Position numbers and translations under genes: made by a program
Assembly: GCA_913020725.1 (NCBI GenBank)
Contig: CAJWCD010000002.1
Span: 4,217 to 68,216, forward strand
Origin: an uncultured Pseudomonadota bacterium
GTDB taxonomy: Bacteria > SAR324 > NAC60-12
Length of the DNA stretch: 64,000 bases
Reading direction: 5' to 3'
Notes under the pieces: generated by a model
What the model was told of the DNA's origin: nothing
The model's database searches: none
Seen by the model: the letters and a program-made list of their open reading frames with translations, nothing else
Shown here: piece by piece, positions 29,964 through 38,363 of the stretch
How positions within the stretch are numbered: position 1 is the first letter of the stretch
How the letters are laid out: each line of letters begins with the position of its first letter

Positions 29964-31801
29964 ACCCGACCAAGGCAGGCGACATGAACCACCTCAGCGT
30001 TATACCCTCATCCTTTACGGCACCGGGAACTCCCGGAGAACTGGGTCGCAACGAAATCCGTGTGGTGCGGGGATTGGTGGCTGAAGGGCGCGAGCAGGGT
30101 TACCTCAGCCTCGATAACATCAATCAGCAGCTTGCCGACTCGACTCCGAACCCGGAACAGGTGGAACAGATCCTCAACATCCTCTCCGAAATGGATATTG
30201 ACGTGATAGACGGAGGTCGCAAGATCAACCTTAGTCAACACGACTACGACCCCGAATTAGAGGATGAATTTTTCGGAGAAGACGGACTTGACCTCGACCC
30301 CGGCACTGACACGGCCACCGAGGATCCGGTGCGCATGTACCTCCAGGAGATGGGGGCTATCAGCCGACTCACCCGCGCCGGCGAGGTGGAGGTCGCACAG
30401 CGTATCGAGGAGGGCCAGCAGAAGGTGATCGAGATTCTGGCGCAATCCAACCTGATCGCCCTCCAGCTCATCGAGACCAACAAGCGGCTCAAAAGCCAGA
30501 AACTGCGGGCGCGGCAGCTAATCTCCGGACTCGATGAGGACGACAACGTGATCGAAGACGATGCTGCCGCTTCCGAAAAACTCAGTGAACAATTGGACGT
30601 GATGCAACAGCAGCATGAAGCGGCAATAGCACTGCGCCAAAATGCTGGAAAAATGCTGAGCAAGAGCGACAAGGCCAAACTCGCTGGATACGAAAGCAGG
30701 ATTCACGAGGTCATCCGCTCCATCAGTTTCAATTCGCGGCAATTGGAGGAGATGTGTCAAAACCTTTTCCAGTACAAGCACAAGATCGACCTCACCAGCC
30801 AGCAGGTGGAGTGCCACTTCAAGGAGCTGCGCCTACCGCCTGAGCAGGCGGACGAGCTCTTCCGGCAGTATCGGCAAGCTGGAGTGCGCAAGCGCAAACG
30901 TGTGGCATCGGAAATCACCGAGCAGACGGGACTGCGTTTCAGTGTCGCCAATCGCTGCTACGAAAAGATCGAGTCCGGACGCTGCCGCATTGCTGCCATG
31001 ACGGAGCGGGTGTTGCTGAGCCGGGAGGCGTTTGTGGAGCAGGTGAAGGAATTGCGTCGTACCGAATTGCAGGTCAAGCAGGCGAAATCGGACCTAGTGG
31101 GTGCAAACTTGCGACTCGTGATCAGCATTGCCAAGAAATACACGAACCGAGGCTTGCAGTTCCTTGACCTCATTCAGGAAGGCAACATTGGCCTGATCAA
31201 GGCGGTGGATCGATTTGAGTACCGCCGGGGTTTCAAATTCTCGACCTACGCGACGTGGTGGATTCGGCAATCGATCACGCGGGCACTTGCAGATCAGGCT
31301 CGCACCATCCGGATTCCGGTTCACATGATTGAGGCGATCAACAAGCTCTCTCGCCTGACCCGGATGTTGGTGCAGGAGTATGGGCGTGAGCCGACCGCCG
31401 ATGAAATTTCTGATCACTTGGGCATGCCCTTGCATCGAATCCGGAAAGTGCTTAAAGTCGCGAGGGAACCCGTTTCGCTGGAGACGCCAGTTGACGATGA
31501 TAACGATTCCCCACTCAGCAGTTTCATTGCTGATGAAAAAGCAGACAATCCTGACGATGCCACGTTTTATACCCACATGAAGGAAAAAACCCGGGAGGCG
31601 CTCAACTCCCTGAGCATCCGGGAGGAAAAAGTGTTGCGGCTCCGTTTTGGCCTTGACGAGGTGAAAGAGTACACGCTGGAGGAAGTCGGACAGGATTTCG
31701 AGGTCACCCGCGAACGTATCCGGCAGATCGAATCCAAGGCGCTACGCAAGCTCCGGCATCCTTCGCGCTCCAAATACCTCCGCCCCTTCTACGAAGGCTG
31801 A
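29960..31801 (+). CDS. rpoD: RNA polymerase sigma factor RpoD (sigma-70)
   Basis: 613 aa with regions 1.2, 2 (...[32 protein letters not shown]), 3 and 4 (...[27 protein letters not shown]). GTG 29960 overlaps the dnaG stop; an ATG at 29984 is an alternative start. Confidence 0.93.
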   Translation: MNPTKAGDMNHLSVIPSSFTAPGTPGELGRNEIRVVRGLVAEGREQGYLSLDNINQQLADSTPNPEQVEQILNILSEMDIDVIDGGRKINLSQHDYDPELEDEFFGEDGLDLDPGTDTATEDPVRMYLQEMGAISRLTRAGEVEVAQRIEEGQQKVIEILAQSNLIALQLIETNKRLKSQKLRARQLISGLDEDDNVIEDDAAASEKLSEQLDVMQQQHEAAIALRQNAGKMLSKSDKAKLAGYESRIHEVIRSISFNSRQLEEMCQNLFQYKHKIDLTSQQVECHFKELRLPPEQADELFRQYRQAGVRKRKRVASEITEQTGLRFSVANRCYEKIESGRCRIAAMTERVLLSREAFVEQVKELRRTELQVKQAKSDLVGANLRLVISIAKKYTNRGLQFLDLIQEGNIGLIKAVDRFEYRRGFKFSTYATWWIRQSITRALADQARTIRIPVHMIEAINKLSRLTRMLVQEYGREPTADEISDHLGMPLHRIRKVLKVAREPVSLETPVDDDNDSPLSSFIADEKADNPDDATFYTHMKEKTREALNSLSIREEKVLRLRFGLDEVKEYTLEEVGQDFEVTRERIRQIESKALRKLRHPSRSKYLRPFYEG

Positions 31802-31807
31802 CCCGGA

Positions 31808-34696
31808 ATGCCCGTGCAACGCTTGCTGTCCCATTTTCTCCGCACCCTTTTAGTGCTTGGGGTGCTACTGATCCTGATCGGTGTTGAAACTACTCCTGTG
31901 TTCGCACAAGCTGCGGAGGTTCAACAGATCGAACTAGTCCGGCGTGGACGGCAGCTCAGCATCCGGTTGTTCCTCAACCAGCCCCCGGTTTACCAGATCT
32001 CGGAAAATCTGGACGCCCACACCCTCGTCGTCAAGTTTCGCAACACCAAACCCAGCTTCCCGGACGGCAACTCGGTCAAGCTCTTCAACGACTCACAGGT
32101 GGAGGGGGTGCGCTTCTTGGAGGTGGGTCCGGACCTCTGGGCGCAGTTCAAGTTTCGGACAGCGGGGCTGGTGTTTGACATCGATCCCCCGGAAGTGCCG
32201 AACATCCTGCAACTCACTTTCCGCCCCTCCAAGCAGCTTGAGCCGCTGCCGCCCATCGAACCTGGGGCCAAGGTGCGACTGTTGGCAACGAATTTCCGCT
32301 CCGTTACTGCGGAGGGTGGGCTGTCTGGACACACACGCCTCACCCTGATTTTCTCGGAAGCCCCACGGCTTTTCATGCAGCAGCACGGTAGGGAAATCGA
32401 GTTGCGTTTCCCGGACACCCTGCCCGCTGAGGATTATGAAACGCCGGAGTTTGAAGATGGGAGAGTGCGCTTGGAGAGTCTAGATTCGGATGAAAGCCAG
32501 ATTTTCCTGACTCTGGCCATGCTGGGGGCGGAGTCTCGGGTGGAGCGCAACCTGCGGGAAACCCCTCCACGCTGGGAGGTGGATGTGTACGGCGTGGCTG
32601 CAGCTGCTCCGGAACCGGAGCCGGAGGGTGAGCTTTCCCCGGAGGAGGAACTGCGCCTGCGCAACGAGCGCGCCATTGTCAAAAACCGTAAGATTCAGGT
32701 TCAGAATTTCTACCAACAAGGCGAGAACGCCTTCCGGAAGGGCGACTATGAAGGAGCGGTTGGTTTCTTCAAGCAGTCCTACTCGGCGGCAAAGAATAAT
32801 GTGGGGGTGTTTGAGGACACGATGGAGCCTGCGGCCATCCGGGCGCTCTACCGCAAGGCTGACACGATCTACACGATGCTGGAGCGCCGCCGGGGGCGCA
32901 ATTTCCACGAGGCGATTGACGCTTACCTCACGGCCCTGCGCGTGTCGGAGGATTACGGACTCATCGAAGACCTCGCCCCACATGCTTATTTCCGGATTGG
33001 ACGCAGCTACCAGCGCATGAAATTCACGCAGGAAGCGAACACCAGTTTCGAAAAACTCAAGAGCAAATTCCCCACTTCGCTGGAGGCGAGCGAGGCGAAT
33101 TTCTGGAAGGCGCTCAACCAGATCGAACGCCGGGATTGGGAGCAGGCGATCAAGGATTTCGAGGAGTACCTGCAAGTGACACCGAATCCGCGCTTCCTCG
33201 CCGAAACCCACTACCGCATGGCGCAGGCGTACTACCACTTGGATCGGCCCATCATCGCCAAGGAGCATTTCGACAGCGCCCGCGATCTGGACCCGCAGTA
33301 CGTGCTGGAAGACCCCACGCTGCTCTTCCACATGGGTGAAACGTATTACGAGAACGCAGATTTCATGACCGCCCGCGAAGCGTTCCGCGCCCTGCTAGAG
33401 CGTTACCCCAAGCAGGATTTCACCAAGCTCGTGGCCCTGCGGCTAGGGGATTTCCTGCGGGACGAGGGCAAGGAGGAACAGGCGATCCGGGCCTACGAAA
33501 AGGCGATCAACAGCTACTCCCGCGAAATCGTCCTGCTCGGCAAACTCCGCATCGCCAACATTCAGGCAACCCGGCCCTATTCGGACGAGTATCTGGAGGC
33601 CATTGACCTCTACGATGAAATCGTGCGGCTCTATCCGGATGCGCCGCAGTCGGAGGAAGCTCTGCTACGCAAGGGGTTGACCCTCACGCTTTACGGAATG
33701 TACAAGCCCGCGATTGAGGAATTGGAGAAGTACCAAGAGAAGCACCCGCTCAGTCCTTACGTCCGACGCGGCGTCGTCCGAGAAAACATTGACGAGAACC
33801 TCAAGGGGTTGATTGACGACCAGTTCCAGCGGCAGGAGTTGTTGGAACTCATTGCCAACTACCGCGACTACAAGGCGAAGTACTTGCTCAACTTCCGTTT
33901 CGATTCCACCCTCTTTCAGGTTGCGGTCGCACACCAGCGCCTTGGGTTTTACGAGGAAGCCCTCGATTTGCTCAAGTTTCTCGACTCGCGGGTACAGGGC
34001 ACAATGCTCGAACTGGCCCGGCTGCAAACGGCGTTGGCCCTCGTCGAGAAGGGCGATCCCTCGCTCTCACGGGATCAGCTCACTCGCTTTCTCGCGGACT
34101 ATCCGGACAGCCTCTATGACGCCGATGCCCGCTTCAGCCTCGCGCAGGTTTACCGTCAGGCGAAGGAGTACGACAAGGCTCGTATTGTTTACGAACAGAC
34201 CATCCAGAAGTATGACGACGACGAGGACCCTTTGCGGATGGAGGTGGTCCCGGAACTCTGGTACGAGCTTGGGCAGATGTACGAGGAGATTGGCCGTTAC
34301 GCCGAATCCGGACGCGCCTACCGCGAAGCGATTACAAAGTACCGACACCCCGTGACTGCGCAGGACACCCCGCAGTTCATCATTGACAGCCACTTCCGGG
34401 CCGGGGAAATGCTCACCAAGGTCCAAAGCGATCAGGAAGCGCTACGGCTCTACCAAAATGCCGTGGCGAACTACGCTGAACGCGAAGGCCCGGAAACCCG
34501 CAAACAGGTCAACTGGGCACGTTACCAAATCGGAGTGATCCAAGCTCGGCTCGGTATGGAGAAAGAAGCTCTCGAAACCTTCCGGCAGTTGGTTGCAAGC
34601 CCGGAAGGCGAAGGGGAAATGTGGAAACGCCTCGCCAGTCAAAACCATCAGAACCTCACCCAGCAACTCTCCTACCAGCAGTACCTCAATCAGTAA
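31808..34696 (+). CDS. Large secreted/membrane-anchored tetratricopeptide-repeat (TPR) protein
   Basis: 962 aa. N-terminal hydrophobic signal/anchor (LLVLGVLLILIGV...AQA), then many TPR-like repeats (W/Y..A...Y..G.Y..A spacing). Starts 7 nt after the rpoD stop. Confidence 0.8.
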   Translation: MPVQRLLSHFLRTLLVLGVLLILIGVETTPVFAQAAEVQQIELVRRGRQLSIRLFLNQPPVYQISENLDAHTLVVKFRNTKPSFPDGNSVKLFNDSQVEGVRFLEVGPDLWAQFKFRTAGLVFDIDPPEVPNILQLTFRPSKQLEPLPPIEPGAKVRLLATNFRSVTAEGGLSGHTRLTLIFSEAPRLFMQQHGREIELRFPDTLPAEDYETPEFEDGRVRLESLDSDESQIFLTLAMLGAESRVERNLRETPPRWEVDVYGVAAAAPEPEPEGELSPEEELRLRNERAIVKNRKIQVQNFYQQGENAFRKGDYEGAVGFFKQSYSAAKNNVGVFEDTMEPAAIRALYRKADTIYTMLERRRGRNFHEAIDAYLTALRVSEDYGLIEDLAPHAYFRIGRSYQRMKFTQEANTSFEKLKSKFPTSLEASEANFWKALNQIERRDWEQAIKDFEEYLQVTPNPRFLAETHYRMAQAYYHLDRPIIAKEHFDSARDLDPQYVLEDPTLLFHMGETYYENADFMTAREAFRALLERYPKQDFTKLVALRLGDFLRDEGKEEQAIRAYEKAINSYSREIVLLGKLRIANIQATRPYSDEYLEAIDLYDEIVRLYPDAPQSEEALLRKGLTLTLYGMYKPAIEELEKYQEKHPLSPYVRRGVVRENIDENLKGLIDDQFQRQELLELIANYRDYKAKYLLNFRFDSTLFQVAVAHQRLGFYEEALDLLKFLDSRVQGTMLELARLQTALALVEKGDPSLSRDQLTRFLADYPDSLYDADARFSLAQVYRQAKEYDKARIVYEQTIQKYDDDEDPLRMEVVPELWYELGQMYEEIGRYAESGRAYREAITKYRHPVTAQDTPQFIIDSHFRAGEMLTKVQSDQEALRLYQNAVANYAEREGPETRKQVNWARYQIGVIQARLGMEKEALETFRQLVASPEGEGEMWKRLASQNHQNLTQQLSYQQYLNQ

Positions 34697-34983
34697 CGAG
34701 TTTGGTAGTGGTATGCGACTTTTTCAGCAAGCCCTAACTCGATCTTCCTCGGATAGTCTTTGGGACTCTCAATCTCAAAACCTTCATCCAATTTGGGGAC
34801 GCTTAATAAAAATTCCTTAAAGCTGGGTAGATTGGTGGTTAGCTCTTCATACGCTTGGGTCGAGAGTACGACCACGGCTTTTTCACCGCGACGAGTCACA
34901 TACTGAGGGCCATGCCGCAAAGCATCGTCCACGACTTTGCTGAACTGAGCCTTGGCAACCTGTAATTTCCATGTAGCGCCCAT
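34690..34983 (-). CDS. Phd/YefM-family (VapB-type) antitoxin, orphan
   Basis: WKLQVAKAQFSKVVDDALRHGPQYVTRRGEKAVVVLSTQAYEEL is the Phd/YefM antitoxin fold. The C-terminal toxin-binding-like tail is LPSFKEFLLSVPKLDEGFEIESPKDYPRKIEL. No toxin ORF downstream, which is the convergent 3' end of the TPR gene. Confidence 0.7.
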   Translation of the reverse strand: MGATWKLQVAKAQFSKVVDDALRHGPQYVTRRGEKAVVVLSTQAYEELTTNLPSFKEFLLSVPKLDEGFEIESPKDYPRKIELGLAEKVAYHYQTRY

Positions 34984-35448
34984 ACCGTCTCCTTGATTTG
35001 TTGATCTTCATGAACAGCCTAGTCAGGCTAGTCACTTGATGGATGCTCATCAAGATGTTTCTGTTGCTGGCTGATTGATCCGGAAATCAAGCTGCTGGAA
35101 GCCTTGTCCTGCAAGACGGGGAGTGGGGCTGCTAAGTCACTACTGCGGGGGCGATGAAGTCCGCATCGCTCCGTTTGACATGATCGCTTTCCCGCTCTCC
35201 AGCCTGTGGGGCGGAGTGATTGCCATGTCAGTTAACGAAACTAACGAAGTCCGCTATGAACACATAACTTTTTATAAAAATCGATTTTTTTCAAATCGCA
35301 CAGCATTGTTACAATCTCCTTCTTATTGAAAGCAAAGAACGCAGCAGTGTAAGGCGACTGTGGCCAGTCGAGCAAAGGTGATGGAAATCCGTGGTGGCGC
35401 AGACGGGTCATAAAATCATAGCTAGAAGAGCAGCTTGTGCTTCCGGGC

Positions 35449-35476
35449 TTGAGTTCCCGCGACATTCCGCTAGACT
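35449..35476 (+). promoter_or_regulatory. Candidate sigma-70 promoter for skp (TTGAGT-16 nt-TAGACT)
   Basis: -35/-10-like hexamers with a 16-nt spacer about 25 nt upstream of the skp ATG (35504). An AGGA RBS sits 5 nt before the ATG. Confidence 0.3.
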
Positions 35477-35503
35477 CAATCCGGTATGGAACTCAGGACG
35501 TTT

Positions 35504-36028
35504 ATGCAAAAGCAACATCTGGTGCTCTGGCTGGTGGTGGCTCTGTTAGGGGGCGCGTCTCCGGCGTGGGCTTTCAAGATCGGGGTGGTGGACCTCAACC
35601 GTGCGCTCAACGAATCGGAATCCGGTATCCGCTCCCGGAACGTGCTGGAAGCACGGGGGCGTCAGAAGCAGAAGGAGTTTGAGGTGGAGGAGGAGGAGTT
35701 GCGGCAGTTGGGGGAGGAATTGCGCAACAACCCTTTGCTCACCAAAACAGCACGACAGCGTAAGGAGCAGGAGTTGCAGCAACGCCAGCAGCAGTTGCAG
35801 GAGCAGGCGCGGCAGTTCGAGCAGGAGTTGCGTGGGCAGGAGCGTCAGTTGACCGAGGCCATTTTCAACGAGTTGAAGGGGTCAATCCGCACGGTTTCGA
35901 TGCGCGAGAAGTTCGACCTTGTGCTGGAGCGCAACGCCACTCAGGTGATCCTTTACATGCAGGAGGACACCACCGACCTCACCCAGAAGGTGATTGACCA
36001 CTACAACGCCCTCAAAGCATCGGAGTGA
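35504..36028 (+). CDS. skp: Periplasmic chaperone Skp/OmpH
   Basis: Signal peptide MQKQHLVLWLVVALLGGASPAWA, then KIGVVDLNRAL and a coiled-coil Q/E/R-rich body typical of OmpH/Skp. Canonical position upstream of fabZ, but lpxD/lpxA are absent. Confidence 0.8.
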   Translation: MQKQHLVLWLVVALLGGASPAWAFKIGVVDLNRALNESESGIRSRNVLEARGRQKQKEFEVEEEELRQLGEELRNNPLLTKTARQRKEQELQQRQQQLQEQARQFEQELRGQERQLTEAIFNELKGSIRTVSMREKFDLVLERNATQVILYMQEDTTDLTQKVIDHYNALKASE

Positions 36029-36031
36029 CCC

Positions 36032-36463
36032 GTGACCAAGGACATTGAAGCGATCCGCAAGATTCTGCCGCACCGCTACCCCTTTTTGATGATTGATCGC
36101 GTACTGGAGGTGCGCGAGGGGGAATTTTGCAAGGCAGTCAAGAATGTCACCATCAACGAGCCAATCTTTCAGGGGCACTTCCCGGAAATGGCGGTGTTTC
36201 CTGGGGTGCTGCAACTGGAGGCGATGGCGCAGACGAGCGCGTTCATCATTGATTCCGTGATGCAGGAAGACCACGGACTGATGGCGTTCTACGCCGGAGT
36301 CAACAATGCGAAATTCCGCAAGCAGGTGGTGCCTGGAGACCAGTTGGTGATCGAATCCACCCTCGCCAACCGCAAGAAGAATTTTTGGGTGTTCAACGCC
36401 AAAGCGCTGGTGGAGGGCAAGGTGGTCGCCCAGGCTGAAGTCCGTTTGATGGGGTCACCATGA
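36032..36463 (+). CDS. fabZ: 3-hydroxyacyl-ACP dehydratase FabZ
   Basis: ILPHRYPFLMIDRVLE...GHFPEMAVFPGVLQLEAMAQ is the hot-dog fold FabZ signature. GTG start. Confidence 0.92.
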   Translation: MTKDIEAIRKILPHRYPFLMIDRVLEVREGEFCKAVKNVTINEPIFQGHFPEMAVFPGVLQLEAMAQTSAFIIDSVMQEDHGLMAFYAGVNNAKFRKQVVPGDQLVIESTLANRKKNFWVFNAKALVEGKVVAQAEVRLMGSP

Positions 36464-36744
36464 GTGCATTCAGCGTTAAGGAAGTCCGCAAGATCGCCAA
36501 GCTCGCATCGCTGGAACTGACTTCAGAGGAGGAGCAGGAATTCGCCCAGCAGTTCGGCACCATCCTCGAATACTTTGAAAGGCTCAACGCCGTTGAGCTT
36601 CCGGAAAATTCGGAAGCCCTCAATCCCATCCTCGCCCCGCGTGTCCGTGAAGACCGCGCCGTTGATTCCCCGGTCACGCCGGAACAGTTCAGCCCCTACC
36701 TGGAAAACCGCTTCTTCAAGGTGCCCCGGGTCATTGATGCGTGA
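36460..36744 (+). CDS. gatC: Asp-tRNA(Asn)/Glu-tRNA(Gln) amidotransferase subunit C
   Basis: 94 aa; VRKIAKLASLELTSEEEQEFAQQFGTILEYFERLNAVEL is typical of GatC. Confidence 0.88.
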   Translation: MSAFSVKEVRKIAKLASLELTSEEEQEFAQQFGTILEYFERLNAVELPENSEALNPILAPRVREDRAVDSPVTPEQFSPYLENRFFKVPRVIDA

Positions 36745-36747
36745 CCG

Positions 36748-37854
36748 ATGCCGGGGACGCCGCTGCCGCTCCGGCTGGGCATCCTTGGGCTGGTTCTCGG
36801 ACTCCACGCCGCGCTAATTCCGCTCTTGCCGCAGTGGTTTCGCCCACCGCCACCCCCGGAAAATTCCCTGCTCATCGAACTGGAACGCTGGACGCCACCC
36901 ACGCCTGTTCTGCCTGATTTCCAACCGGAACCACCGTCGCAGCAGCTCACGGCTTCATCGTCTGCGGAGCAAACACCCATCCCGGAACCTCCCGTCGAGG
37001 AACTGGAAACGGATCAATTGGAAGACCTGATTCAGGAAACTCCGGCGGAACTGCTCAGTATGAAGCAGCTCAAGAGTGCCGTCCGCCGCTCCGAACCTCA
37101 GCTTCCCGCGCCGGAACCCCAGCCTGCGGAAAAATCGACGGTTCAGCCTCCCGCCGAAGCTGAAACCTCCCCACCGGAATCAACTGAACCGGGCACCGAT
37201 TCTGCCGAAGCTGAGGAAAACTTGCTGGCACGACTGGAACCACAGATGCCGAATCCGGCCTTGAGTCCGGGGCAGCCCTCGCTTCCACCCAAGCCACAGC
37301 AAGCCGTAGCGATTCCACTGGCTTCCAAAACGCCGCTGCTTCCGGAGCAGTGGTTTTTGCGCGAAGGCATGTCGGTGCCGCTCAAACTCCCGGAACCCTC
37401 CGGACCACTCCAAGTCGGAGGGGAATTGCCCAAACCCACGCTCCTCTCCGTTTCTCCAAATCGCAAATCCGCGCTCCCGCCCCCGCCGGGAGCGGGAGAC
37501 TCCGGACGATCCGGCGGGGGTTTCTTCACGCTCAGTTCCTACGACTGGCCCTACGAGTCGTACATGGGGCGCTGGGCGCAGACCCTCCAATACACTTGGA
37601 ACAACAATCCACCGCTCGACTACGCCCACGGGCTGCGTCCGCAGGGGGGCGATGTGTTTGTGCTGGTGCGCGTTGACCGCTCCGGCACCTTGGAATCCTA
37701 CGAAATCACCAACGTGATCCTCGCTTCTCCGGAAATGGAGGCCTCCGTGATCTCGGCCCTGTTGGCATCCGGGCAACTGTCTGCGCTGCCGGATGATTTC
37801 GGGGAGGACGAACTGGTGGTTCACTTCCGCTTCATCTACCCGCCCCTGCGTTGA
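36748..37854 (+). CDS. TonB-family protein (N-terminal anchor, long Pro-rich spacer, TonB-like C-terminal domain)
   Basis: N-terminal hydrophobic helix LRLGILGLVLGLHAALIPLL, then ~230 aa of P/E/A/Q-rich low complexity, then a C-terminus GGDVFVLVRVDRSGTLESYEITNVILASPEMEASVISALLASGQLSALP...LVVHFRFIY resembling the TonB C-terminal domain. Confidence 0.6.
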   Translation: MPGTPLPLRLGILGLVLGLHAALIPLLPQWFRPPPPPENSLLIELERWTPPTPVLPDFQPEPPSQQLTASSSAEQTPIPEPPVEELETDQLEDLIQETPAELLSMKQLKSAVRRSEPQLPAPEPQPAEKSTVQPPAEAETSPPESTEPGTDSAEAEENLLARLEPQMPNPALSPGQPSLPPKPQQAVAIPLASKTPLLPEQWFLREGMSVPLKLPEPSGPLQVGGELPKPTLLSVSPNRKSALPPPPGAGDSGRSGGGFFTLSSYDWPYESYMGRWAQTLQYTWNNNPPLDYAHGLRPQGGDVFVLVRVDRSGTLESYEITNVILASPEMEASVISALLASGQLSALPDDFGEDELVVHFRFIYPPLR

Positions 37855-37978
37855 ATCCGGGGGAATCGTCTTGTGAGGCGGAGAGCCGCTTGGTAGCCTG
37901 CTTGCTTGCATACCGATGCGGGGATTCTCGGTACGCGCACTCCAAAATCTGACGAAAAATCACCCCCCTGACCCTTCC

Positions 37979-38272
37979 ATGACCGGACAACAGAAACGCT
38001 ACCTGCGCGGACTCGCCCACGCCCTCAAACCCGTGGTCAACATTGGCAAATCCGGACTCACAGATGAGGCGTTCAAGCAGATCGAGGCCCGCTTGCTCAC
38101 CAACGAATTGATCAAGGTCAAAGTGATGGAACACAGCCCTTTCTCCCAGAAGGAGTGTGCCGCCAAGCTTGATGGACGCGAGGAGGTTGCGGTGGTGCAA
38201 GTGATCGGCAAGACAATCGTCCTCTATCGCCCCCATCTGGAAGAACCGATGATCACACTGCCAGGGGAGTGA
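37979..38272 (+). CDS. yhbY: Ribosome assembly RNA-binding protein YhbY (CRS1/YhbY family)
   Basis: LTGQQKRYLRGLAHALKPVVNIGKSGLTDEAFKQIEARLLTNELIKVKV is the YhbY family signature. Start set at ATG 37979 (tracked ORF from 37916). Confidence 0.8.
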   Translation: MTGQQKRYLRGLAHALKPVVNIGKSGLTDEAFKQIEARLLTNELIKVKVMEHSPFSQKECAAKLDGREEVAVVQVIGKTIVLYRPHLEEPMITLPGE

Positions 38273-38363
38273 CCGCCATGCGCCAAGGAGGAAGTAGGTC
38301 AGAACGAACTGACACTGGGCGAGATTTACGACAAGTCAACTTCCCGGAGCTTCAAGAAACGGC

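Noticed and set aside
35075-35465. Small ORFs (84 aa on +, 74 aa on -) in the 500-bp region between the antitoxin and skp
   Set aside because: No RBS or start context, odd composition (Cys/Ser-rich), and they overlap each other. The region is better explained as non-coding regulatory or sRNA DNA. I looked for a tRNA T-loop (GGTTCGAATCC-like) and found none.
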